From positions 1 to 38,682 of the forward strand of contig JAADVB010000182.1 of NCBI GenBank assembly GCA_023334545.1: a stretch of 38,682 nt of DNA. The letters are read 5' to 3'. The notes below the pieces were generated by a model that did not search any database, was not told the origin of the DNA, and worked only from the letters and a program-made list of their open reading frames with translations. This stretch comes from Salisapilia sapeloensis CBS 127946 (taxonomy: Eukaryota; Protista; Oomycota). Below are positions 1-9,982 of the stretch, piece after piece. Numbering within the stretch: position 1 is the first letter of the stretch; every line of letters starts with the position of its first letter. Both the position numbers and the translations under genes were made by a program.

Positions 1-1
1 G

Positions 2-1177
2 AGGGAGCTCGTACGAGAGCGACAGAGAGGAGGAACTTTGGCGGATGCAGAGCAGGTGATGAATATCCTTGTGGACCTCAAGGTCACTGGTCCGAAGCTT
101 GAGGCGGTGAATGTGCGTCAAGTAGCTTCCGAGTGGATTGAAGTGATCGAAAGGCCCAAGCGTCGACGTAATCAGGACGCCGAGAGTGAGCTCATGTACC
201 TCGAGTTCCTTGATGGCAAGATTGAGCATAAACCCAAGAGTAAGCGACGTGTGAAAGCCAAGGAAGGGCAAAATGAGAAGCGTAAGAAGCGGACGAATAA
301 AAAGAATAGTGGTCTGCGCGTGAAATTGCATCAGGACGACGACGAGTGGACCGTCGAAGATGTACGCAGTCACCTCGTGCGTGTACAAAAGCAACTAGAG
401 TCCAAGTCAGAGAGTGAGTGGGAGCACGGGTCGGAAGATGAGTCGGAGGATGATGAGGAAGAAGGACGAATGCCGAGTCGGAGGGAGACGCCGACGTATC
501 CGCGTCGAGGTACGGATCCACAAGTGGACTCCGAAATGTGGTGCCGTGTCTGCTTTAGTGACCAAGGCTTTGTCAATGACCCGATCGTCCAGTGCGAAAA
601 GTGTGAAGTGGCTGTGCATCAGGTAGGATGATCGATAGGACTGTCTTGTGTGTAGGAGCTAATGTTTGTCTAGTATTGCTACGGCATTGAGCACGTACCG
701 GATGATGATGAGCCGTGGTACTGCGACTATTGCGCCGTGGCGTCTGCACCAGAACCGACGGAGCGAGTACGTCTATTAGCTACATCTTGCGATTGACCGT
801 ATGCTAATGTGATATGATAGTCGTGTTTGTTGTGTCCTTTGAAACGGAAGAGTGCTGCGTTCAAGAAGACGGCGGAAGGAGACTGGGTGCATGTCGTGTG
901 CGCGTTGTGGGCGCCGGGTGTCCAATTCCAGGATGTGGAACGCATGGATCGCGTGCAGCATGTGCCGCAGGCGGTGGAAGCGCTGCAAGGAACGACGTGT
1001 AATGTGTGCGGACAGGAGAATGGGTGCATCGAGTGCAGCCGAGGACCGTGCACGGTGCTGTTCCATCCCTTGTGCGGCCGTGAAAGTCGAGGCGAGTACG
1101 ACATGTTTATGAACGACAATGGCCAGCTGCGCGCCTATTGCCCGCGACATCGCCCACGCGCAAGAAGAGTGTTTTGA
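2..1177 (+). CDS. PHD finger protein with C-terminal PZP module (PHD1-Zn knuckle-PHD2/ePHD), JADE/BRPF/AF10-like; probably 5'-truncated by the window edge
   Basis: Exons 2..622, 674..766 and 821..1177. Phase-0 GT-AG introns 623..673 (51 nt) and 767..820 (54 nt), each with CTAAT near the 3' end. Splicing restores CRVC...CEKCEVAVHQ|YCYG...WYCDYC (PHD1) and CLLCP...WVHVVCALW...CNVC...CIEC...FHPLC...YCPRH (knuckle+ePHD). The frame is open from base 2; the first in-frame ATG is at 59. Confidence 0.9.
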
Positions 1178-2208
1178 CGGTCGTAGGTAGGTTTCGTTTG
1201 CCCTCGGGTTCGTGATGGCTTTTAAACAAGAGAGAGAAAACATAGTTGACGATTCGTTTGTTTCGCTTACGGTGGGAGGATGTTGGATATACTTCCTTTG
1301 TATTGGTAGTTGAATTGCTGAGGGTGGGAGATGGTAGTAGCTTGTTATACGTTAGTGAAAGGGAGATGGTCGAGATGACAGGTCTCGATGGTGCTTATGC
1401 TGGAATCACGATGCTCAAAAGCGAGAACTCTTCTTGTGATGGGAGGGTGAAGGAATATAGAGAAAGTTTGTCGAAAGAAATCCACGAAGAGGGTTAATCT
1501 GCTTCTTCATCATCACGATGTGGCTTGTGTACATATACAAAGTCCAGTTCGCAGTCATCTTGGAGTTGATGCCGAGACGATGGTCGCATGAGAACGCTAA
1601 TGTAGCTGTAACATTGAATTGGAGCTTTAAGAGTGTACTTTTAGATGTAGGGAAAGTAATGGGATTTGATCGACACGAGGAAGATGGAGAAAGCGGAATG
1701 AAGTGATCAGGTGCATGCAAAGACTTACTTCTTAAAACTCATATACGTCGGTCCTACATAGGTCATCTAAACACAACTCAGTATCGATCACACGAAGCAG
1801 GCATGGAGATGAAAACGCAGAGTAGTACTTGATAACCACCACATGTCGACTTGAAGTGATTTAAATAGAGCAGAAAGCTCATATTGAAGCGTAGAGAGCG
1901 AATCGATCCAAGGTAGCTTTTGCTACGCTCATTTGATATCGACGCAAAGTTACCATAAAAGCTCTTTATGCTACCATACTCCTTTCTTCTAGGAAACTGC
2001 GGGCGAAGTCTTAATGATGAACAGTGTCATTGTCCGATATCTTTGCCAGCTTGAAGCACGCAGTATGAATAGCTGGTCCATGCTCGTGAAAGATACATGA
2101 GGCTAGAAACTTGGAGACCCTTCATGATCGAGTACCCCTTCGGTACCCTTTTAAAGGTCTCCTCAACCAAGTAAGATTGTGTAGAGGCTTCGATAAGGAT
2201 CAGGAAGA

Positions 2209-3323
2209 ATGAGCGAAGTAGAAGAGCCCATGCTGCGTACGCTTTCAGGCATTGAGGTAGAAGATGAGGAGACAGGAAGGCAATCGGAAACCAAACCATT
2301 GCAGGGGTCTACAGGTCTAAAACACCGCAGCTCGTCCCTTCAGGAGCTGCTCGTGCAGCCACATGCACTCCTTGGCATCGGCTGCGTTGCCATCTCCGCC
2401 GTGTGCTTCAGTCTCATGTCCACTCTCGTCAAGTTCAACACGTTCTCCATGACTTCCATGGAAGCTGTATTCTGGCGATCGCTCGTGGCGTTTGTACTCA
2501 ACTTTGTCGCCGTGCAGTACCAACGGACGTCGCTACATGTGCCACAAGAAAAGAGAGGCATGCTACTTGCACGTTGCATCACCGGCTTTACATCCATCTC
2601 GTTTGCCTTTTACGCTATTTCTCAAATGGTACTGGCAGACGCGAGTGTCCTCGTCTTTTGCTCCCCCATTATCACCTTTTTCCTCGTAAGTCCATTATAC
2701 CCTTCATGTATTAATAGTATATGTTCTTTATTTAAAAGTTGTTGGCGTGTGTATAGAGCGCATTCTTCTTGAGTGAACGTATTGACCCCGTTGGGTTTGC
2801 GGCGGCCCTCGTGTCGTTCGGTGGACTCATCTGTGTAGTTCGACCAGGCTTTGTCTTTGGATATGAAAGCAATGATGCTGCATCTACTGGTTCCTGGATA
2901 GCCATCGTATCTGCTCTCCTTGGTGCGTTGTCACAAGCGTTTGTCTTCATCACTGTGCGTCAGTTAAAGGAGCTGACGATTCTTCAGATCGTCCACTACT
3001 TTATGCTCTTTAGTTCACTCATGTCGCTCGTGTACGTCCTCCTGTTCCAAGGCTACTTTTCGCTTCCTTCGACGTTACCACTGTGGCTGAGTATCATTGG
3101 TTGCGGCCTCTTTACGTTCCTCGGGCAAATTTTCTTGACGAAAGGATTCCAATTGGAGAAAGCAGGCGTGGCGTCAGTCATGCGATACTTTGACGTTGTC
3201 TGCGTTTTCATTTGGGACTCTTTCCTGCTTGGTGAAGACGTCAATTCTTGGAGTATTGTCGGTGCTGCGATCATTTGCTCCAGTGCGATCGTTATTACGC
3301 TGCGTCAGGCGAAAATCATCTAG
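2209..3323 (+). CDS. EamA/DMT (drug/metabolite transporter) superfamily membrane protein, SLC35G-like
   Basis: Exons 2209..2685 and 2757..3323 with a 71-nt intron (GTAAGT...TATAG). The joined protein (ITFFL|SAFFLSERID) has about 10 hydrophobic segments in two repeats, with EamA-type motifs FWRS, YAISQMVLADA and GQIFLTKGFQLEKAGVASVMRYFD. Confidence 0.88.
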
Positions 3324-3718
3324 CTTTGGTTTCTCCTATTCTATCAACAATATAGACCAAGCAGCTTTTAATTTTAAAGATACATGCTGGATGCTTGTCT
3401 CGAGCCTAGTCTTGCGTTAGTGAAGGTCCAACACCGTCCGTTTTCTGTAGCTCGGAAGAAGTGATGAGCAAGAGATTCACGTCCAGGCATTGGCATGCAA
3501 TGGGTGCCGATAAGATGTTTACAATACACTCTCTAATAAGTCTGCCACCAATGCATTCTCCATAGCCTTCTGGCAGATTACCGTGCGTCTAGCCATGATG
3601 TTTAACATCAAGCGAACGGAAACTCGATACGTTTGAACGACAAGAAAATTCCACATGTGCTTTGTACCCTTTGCGTCTGGTCTGCTTGAAGACATAACAT
3701 CTTCAAGATGATGGGCAC

Positions 3719-3736
3719 TCAGCCAATCGTGATTGG
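3719..3736. promoter_or_regulatory. Inverted pair of CCAAT boxes
   Basis: TCAGCCAATC-GT-GATTGG lies about 150 nt upstream of ATG 3887; CCAATC and GATTGG are reverse complements. Confidence 0.45.
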
Positions 3737-3886
3737 AACTTTCTACCGTCACCTCTACGCTTTAGAAGGGACGTGCGAAACTGGAAGGAAGAAAAATCAC
3801 TCATCACGCTTACCGATGGGATGAACTGAACAGTGAGCCTCAGTTCAAGAGTCGCTCGATTTTCATTTTTGCCTGCGAACCTCGAA

Positions 3887-4462
3887 ATGTCTAGCCCCAT
3901 AAAGCCTCGCACAAGTCTTTCGTCATTACGCCACACGCGACTGGAACCTAGGGCGTCCAATGGGAGTACGCACAAGCGAGTCTTTCTCCAGAGTATCGAA
4001 GACATACAAGTCACGGGGATAACCAAGCAGAGCGGTGTAAAAGTGATTAAGTTCGTCATATTCGTCCGTCGTGGTAGCTGCAGAGACACAAGACTTTTGT
4101 CGTCGCAAAGTGCTCCTGAAAAGAGCAAAGCAAACATCAGGACACGAATACCTGATTTTGAAATATGCCAGCCTATGGATGCATTCACGGAACTCGTATC
4201 TGACTTGTACAAGACTGCATACGCGAACGGATCGGACCTCTTTTGTGAAACCTGTGGCCGTGTCGTCGACTTTGTCATTTTCCGCCACGCACTTCCCTCC
4301 GCTTGGGAGCGAACCTTCAGTCGAGAGCCAAAGCTCCTCGCTAAACTGACCATTTTTCTACAAGAAACGCATCAAGTGGTCATCGATAGCATTCAAAGTC
4401 GAAGTCAATGCGAAAACCGGCAACAGCGCGTTGATCTCTTGTACAACTTTTTCCGACAGTAA
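3887..4462 (+). CDS. Hypothetical 191-aa protein, possibly PX-like fold with a CxxC motif
   Basis: ATG at 3887; the ORF track start at 3833 is a GTG. The layout (FLQSIEDIQV beta strand, F..LV..L helix, CETC, distal C and terminal NFF) recalls small PX-like proteins I associate with oomycetes. The fold call is from recollection only. Confidence 0.6.
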   Translation: MSSPIKPRTSLSSLRHTRLEPRASNGSTHKRVFLQSIEDIQVTGITKQSGVKVIKFVIFVRRGSCRDTRLLSSQSAPEKSKANIRTRIPDFEICQPMDAFTELVSDLYKTAYANGSDLFCETCGRVVDFVIFRHALPSAWERTFSREPKLLAKLTIFLQETHQVVIDSIQSRSQCENRQQRVDLLYNFFRQ

Positions 4463-5389
4463 AAGTAATTTATTGCATTGCATTCACAAGTTAAGAGCAT
4501 ATCCATTTAAATGTGAGTTTCGGGAGAAATGCAGTACCCTACGGGTAAAGTACCCAACCTGATAATACTATCTTAGATGAGTCGGATAATTGATACCGGT
4601 CAGACGTGTCAAGTTGTTTGAAATGGTAAAAGCTGTGCCTCCTATCAACCTTCCCGTTTAGCCTATACTAAATATTGCTCATGCAACACTCGTACAGAGT
4701 ACCTTTTAAACTTTTACTCCTGGGCTAATTCTTATGATCCATTATGAGTCCACGAGGTCTACGATCACCTTGCTTTATAGCAAAGAAAGTTGAACTTCTT
4801 AAGGGATACATATCCTTTAATTACTTAAATTCTGAAAGGTTTTATGAATTTGTAGAAGTTTATAAATCTTAAAGCGATGTCTAGGCCCTAACTGCCTTAT
4901 GATTTCCAGCAAGCTCCATGACTACGTTAAAAGTGCTGCTAGCTTCATAAAGCGATAAACTATTAGATGAACTTATTCTTGGGTAGAAGGAGGACGCACT
5001 CTTTCTCTTATGTGCCCAAAACTATTCCACTAGAACCTTGCACTTTCATCATAGGGGTAAATGATTAGTCATATATCATTAGTATTAAACTATACAGGAT
5101 GATTTTTGTAGGCAGGTGACAAATGTACGTACGTGTCAATTAAGCAGGATGAGCTGTAAATTTGTCAACAATCAGTCAATATGCATCCTACTTGATAGAC
5201 GATTTCTTAGACAGGGCCGCCAACCGCGGTCGCCAGAGCCTTCGGTAGCGTAATCGGCGGTCAAACTAAATTTCTCGCGCTCCTACGAAAGCATTGTGAA
5301 TGCTGTCGGATAATATTTAGTACTAACGTAGTTGCGGAGATCAAGATCACTATAAACGTCATCAGAGCTACACGTTCACTTCGCACAAG

Positions 5390-7246
5390 ATGCTAGATGA
5401 AAAGGATATGCCGGTGATCACACCGACAACCGAGGAGAGGAAGCTGTATGAAAGGCAGACAGCCCAGTTATTACGTAAAACGATGGAGGCGTTCGATGAA
5501 TGCGACGGTGATGTCATTGCCGAGGAGGAAGGTGGAGAGTTTCAGCTCATTCGAAAGACGAAGAATTTAAGTGCCTATCGGTCCATCGAATTTACCACGG
5601 CTAAAACTACTTCCCTCGTCGCGACAGGGACCCTCACAGCTAGTCTGAATGACATCATGGAAAGCCTCTACTTTGAAACCACGGATCAACTTCGGTCGAC
5701 TTTGCTTTTACTACAAGTACGACTTGTAGATGCAGCCGTTCTGCACGTACAGCAGACACAAAGCACCAATCGGTCTTTCAATTTTGCTGGCATCACATGG
5801 CTGGCTTCGAAATCAAAGTGGGCTATCGGGAAAAGTGCTCGAGACACACTTGTATACCATGTACGATCAAACTATTTCTTTGTTAATGATGACTCTTTGC
5901 GTTCGGTCGTGCTCATACTATGTGTGTAGACAATGGGCATTACAAAAGACTCTAAAGGACGTGAGCTCGGATTCCTCGTGCTTCACTCGATCGAGCGCAA
6001 CGAATGGATGGCAGAGCCATCTTCCGGCTTAAAACAAACTCCCATCCGTTCTTGCTCTCTCTTCAGGCAGCAGAATAACACTACAAAAGTCTATATGAAG
6101 TGTCCAAGTCTCGATGTTGGCAGCAGTGAATTGTGGCTTGCCGATCTATGGCTTTGTATGGGCAATGTTATGAGCAGTCTGGACGCTCGTCGACTCATGC
6201 ACTTGGTCAATACAGCTCATGAGCATAGCATGCCATCAAGTGAGGTATGTGAGATGTGCCACTCCAAGAAAAATATTTTGGACAAGCACTTTGATTGTAC
6301 TGGCTGTCATCGACGTGTCTGTCGTTCATGCTCCCGTGTCCGACCGATCTTTAAGCTTGAACGCTCCAGCTCAAAACTTTCTCAAGTACGTTTTTGTGAG
6401 ATCTGCATCACAGACGCCGGAGTGCAGTCTGCATCATCTTATTCAGAATCAGTGTCGAAAGCCTCGGCGACAAATTCAACAACAGAGGACTGGATGAATG
6501 CCAAAGGAAGTCAAGGGCAAAACGTGGAAAGGGTTCCGTCTGTGAAGACTGGACGAGCGAAGTCAGCTAGTCATGATCTGACAGCACAGTCATCTGACAA
6601 TGCGTCATTCTTCCAAAGCCATGCGTCCAAGAAAGGTAAGGAGCTATTGACATTTGCTCGCGCTAGAGTAAAAAGCGCAAAGGAAAGCTGGAAATCACCT
6701 TGGTCTCCTGCTATAAACAGCAAGCTGTCTACGCCTCAGCACCCGATCGACTCTGCTGTCAAAGACAAGACGCAAAGTAAGAACCCGGGCACACCACCGC
6801 CATTGCCATCACCGGACAAAGTAAAGGGCTTTATACCAACTACCAAAAAGGACTTTGTAGCAGCAACGGACATGCCAAAAGAAATATCTACGCAGTTGGA
6901 TATGCAGACGGATGCAGTGGAAATGCACCCTTGTTTGGATGATGAAGTGGATCCATCTACTCAGATGACTTTTATGGAAAATGCAGCAGAAAAAGAGAAC
7001 GTTTTACAGGATGTTGTAAACGTGGCAGAGGTAGTAGAAGTCGTAGAAGTCGTAGAAGCCGAGGATGAGCAGGTTTCCATTGCAAAAGTAGTGGAAGTGG
7101 CGAAAGAAAAGGATGAAAAGCCGGAGAGCGAGGAAACGCACACTGATCAAAGCATGCCTCTGTCACGACGTCGCTCGATGAGGAAAAAGATGCGCGTGCC
7201 ACTGTCCCGCGAAGGTTTTCTAGACGATCTATACGCTTCTAGTTGA
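5390..7246 (+). CDS. START-like (SRPBCC) domain + degenerate FYVE-type zinc finger protein, paralog 1 (about 595 aa)
   Basis: Exons 5390..5860 and 5930..7246 with a phase-0 69-nt intron (GTACGA...GTGTAG). The N-terminal domain aligns with the downstream paralogs (GTLTASLNDIMESLY, FAGITWLA, SIERNEW). Zinc finger CEMC..CTGC..VCRSC..FCEIC, followed by a low-complexity acidic tail. Confidence 0.85.
7034..7060 (+). repeat. 9-bp coding tandem repeat (GTAGAAGTC x3, last copy imperfect) encoding VEV-VEV-VEA
   Basis: Seen directly in the acidic tail of START-FYVE paralog 1. Confidence 0.8.
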
Positions 7247-8050
7247 CATGAGCCATAAGTAATGATGATGCGTGAGTGGAACCTTTTGGTGTGTATGCTT
7301 AAAGTCGTTCGTATCGACACTATACCTCAAGTACCCCGTCATTGTCCCTGCTCTGTTGTGTTTCTCAAGTCATCAGTCACTACCTCCTGATGGGAAATTG
7401 GCTTCCAACGTATGCTCGTCATGTGTTGCCTAATAGAAAAGAGCTGGCGGAAGGCACCTTGATGTCTTGTAGGCGTAGCAAATTGTTTGGAAATGCAGAG
7501 GCATTCGATCGTTGTTATTTGCACGAGTATTTAGTTGTACGATCTTTTAAGCAATCCAATGGAAACTTGGACAGTAATGTTGTCGTTGTATACCACACAT
7601 CGATCGTCTAGTCTATGCGCTGCAAGCATGATTAGACACGCTAATGCGGACTTCTATGGATCCACGTGTCGAGACAGAAAGAAATTCAATACTTTGTGGC
7701 ATGTCGATATGCACAGTGGATGCTATCGTCAATGATTTAGCTTTTACTTTGCTCTCTGTAATCGCTCAAGATGCTAAAAAAATGGTTTTGATATAGTCTA
7801 GATACGGGCATGGCGTACCGGCAAGGACACTTCGAAGGGCGTATTAACTTTGCACCGATTAGTATCATCATGTATCCTTGACTGACGGGATTGACACGTA
7901 TCGGGCCAGTTACGAGATCCACTGCAGCGTTCGAACGTAAGCTTAAGATGGCCCAGATGCTCTTAGAAACAGACTCGATGAAGGCGGTGCTCAACATTTG
8001 ACGATTTGCCCTCTACATCGAGTAGAACAAGATCGACAGTTTGGGAAAGC

Positions 8051-9490
8051 ATGACTCGCAGCATCATAGCAAACAAAGAGATCCCAACGATTTCGCTCTC
8101 TCCGAAGGAGGTAGAAGCTTATGAAGCCGAGACGGACAAGATGCTTGGACAGACCATGAAACTATACGAAAGGTTTTCCGAGTCGCTTCCACAAACGAAA
8201 TGGGAGCTTGTTCGCAAAAGCAAGTGTATGGCCATTTATCGAGACCTCGAGCAAGTTGGAGATCCGCGGCAGCGGTTTTACATCGGCGTCGGAAGCATCG
8301 ATGGGACACTTCACGAAACCATGGATGGCCTCTACAGCGATAACACGCACGACCTACGGTGCATGAAAACGCATTTAAAACACTCCTGCATTGACGCTGG
8401 AGTGATGCACGTTGCAAAGAAGAGATCGTCCAAGAACCCGTTTCGCTTTTCCGGTATCAAATGGTTTGCTGCTCGAGCTGCTTGGGGGGTTGTGAAACAC
8501 CAAGACGCGCTCACGTACGAACGCACAGGCTTGACGACGGATTCACGAGGAAATGAGATCGGCTATCACATCTTGTGCTCGATTGAACGACCCGAGTGGC
8601 CTGCCGATAATATCCCTGGCATTAAACGGGGATCTACCTCCAGTGTCTACTTGTACAGGCCAAGCATAGATGGCCGTAGCACCGATGCCTTCCTTTCAGG
8701 GGATCTCTATGGCATTGGAATCATCGCCAAAATCGCAGAGTATGTGATTGCTGGGAAATGGCTAAACGTCGTTCGTGCTCCATCCTGCTCCAAAGCCAAA
8801 CGCTTATCACGCATGATCCGAGATAATGAACGTAAGACTATGTCCGTGAGTAAGTATCAATGCGATGTCTGTCACGAAAAAGGGAATGTGTTCTCTTCGC
8901 TCCAAACGTGCAAAGCTTGTAATAAGAAAGCATGCAAACATTGCTGCGGCAAGCACACCATTTTTGAAGCTGACATGCGTAAACGACGCCCGCTTGCAGA
9001 GTACTTTTGCAGTATGTGCATGTGTGACCCGAGCTTCCGATACTCGCCAGAGGAATCGGCCATGTCGTCCTATGTCCGTTCTGGTCAGACAGGTGATATG
9101 GCGAAGCGGCCCATGTCAAAGGAGGAACCAAGTCAAGACGATTCCGATGAATGCCACCCTGTCTCGATCCATGCGTCGCTGCGTCGAGACCATCGAAATC
9201 ATCGTTCGGGGCATCAGGTCAAGCTTCCAAGTAATTTTTCTAGATCTTTGCCGCCTCCAATAGAGACAAAGTCATACTCGCATTCGACTGCCGACTCGAA
9301 TGTCTACAGACCAAAAGGCACAAGTGAGTCAGTGATGACTTCACCGACTTCAACGCGACGAGGAGGGTCCGGAAGCCTGAATCTTGACAGTTCCCGATAT
9401 CAAGACATCCTATCCATGATGGAAGCACTGGATCGTGGAATCGATCAAGTGCATGAGCAGCTTAAGCGCAACGAGCAGGTGATGCACTAG
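8051..9490 (+). CDS. START-like + FYVE-like protein, paralog 2 (479 aa)
   Basis: Single exon. The ATG at 8051 (MTRSIIANKEIP) aligns gap-free with paralog 3 (MNRFILVNKEIP); the track start at 8006 is a TTG. Zinc finger CDVC..CKAC..ACKHC..FCSMC and a C-terminal amphipathic helix. Confidence 0.88.
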   Translation: MTRSIIANKEIPTISLSPKEVEAYEAETDKMLGQTMKLYERFSESLPQTKWELVRKSKCMAIYRDLEQVGDPRQRFYIGVGSIDGTLHETMDGLYSDNTHDLRCMKTHLKHSCIDAGVMHVAKKRSSKNPFRFSGIKWFAARAAWGVVKHQDALTYERTGLTTDSRGNEIGYHILCSIERPEWPADNIPGIKRGSTSSVYLYRPSIDGRSTDAFLSGDLYGIGIIAKIAEYVIAGKWLNVVRAPSCSKAKRLSRMIRDNERKTMSVSKYQCDVCHEKGNVFSSLQTCKACNKKACKHCCGKHTIFEADMRKRRPLAEYFCSMCMCDPSFRYSPEESAMSSYVRSGQTGDMAKRPMSKEEPSQDDSDECHPVSIHASLRRDHRNHRSGHQVKLPSNFSRSLPPPIETKSYSHSTADSNVYRPKGTSESVMTSPTSTRRGGSGSLNLDSSRYQDILSMMEALDRGIDQVHEQLKRNEQVMH

Positions 9491-9932
9491 ATCACTTCAA
9501 GATTAAATTCGGTCAGAACCGCATAGTCCTGACGCCTTTGTTGATCAAGTATGGCGATCATGCTGCTCATAATCTTTTAAATAGAATCCTGTTGTTTGCA
9601 AGTGTCTATTCAGACTTGGGCATTATCGCATAAACCGTCTGGCCACAGCTGGGTTACTAGAAAATGTCGGATCCCACATGATATAGTGGCTCTTTCTGCG
9701 TAGGTACAAAGTCGCCATTGTGACTTGTCGGATGGATACCAAGTACTATGTGGATGACAACTTGAGCTCCAGTTTAAAAGCCGTTCGTCGATCCCACGTT
9801 GAAGACTCTGTCCGGTACTCCTATCCACGATTCTTGTTTTTGTGGATAAAAATCTTATTCCAAACCTGATCGCACGCACTCCTAGCAAAGTTTGGTGATG
9901 GCGAGCGAAAACAATGTCGACCAGCTCCTTCA

Positions 9933-9946
9933 TCATTCCACAATCT
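9933..9946 (+). promoter_or_regulatory. Oomycete-type core promoter (Initiator + flanking promoter region, INR+FPR)
   Basis: TCATTCCACAATCT matches the oomycete consensus TCATTYYNCAWTTT at 13 of 14 positions and begins 50 nt upstream of the ATG at 9983. Confidence 0.6.
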
Positions 9947-9982
9947 CCCCTGAGGAACTAAAGGCTATAGTCGCATTTCGCT

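Noticed and set aside
1246-2299. Short ORFs in the spacer between the PHD and EamA genes
   Set aside because: Mostly non-ATG starts, no recognisable domains and no consistent splice model.
3703-4353. 216-aa minus-strand ORF
   Set aside because: Antisense to the better-supported 3887..4462 gene; no motifs.
7339-7997. Short ORFs between START-FYVE paralogs 1 and 2 (also 9610..9936 and 11490..12189)
   Set aside because: No similarity to the flanking paralogs or to anything I recognise; not enough support for pseudogene calls.
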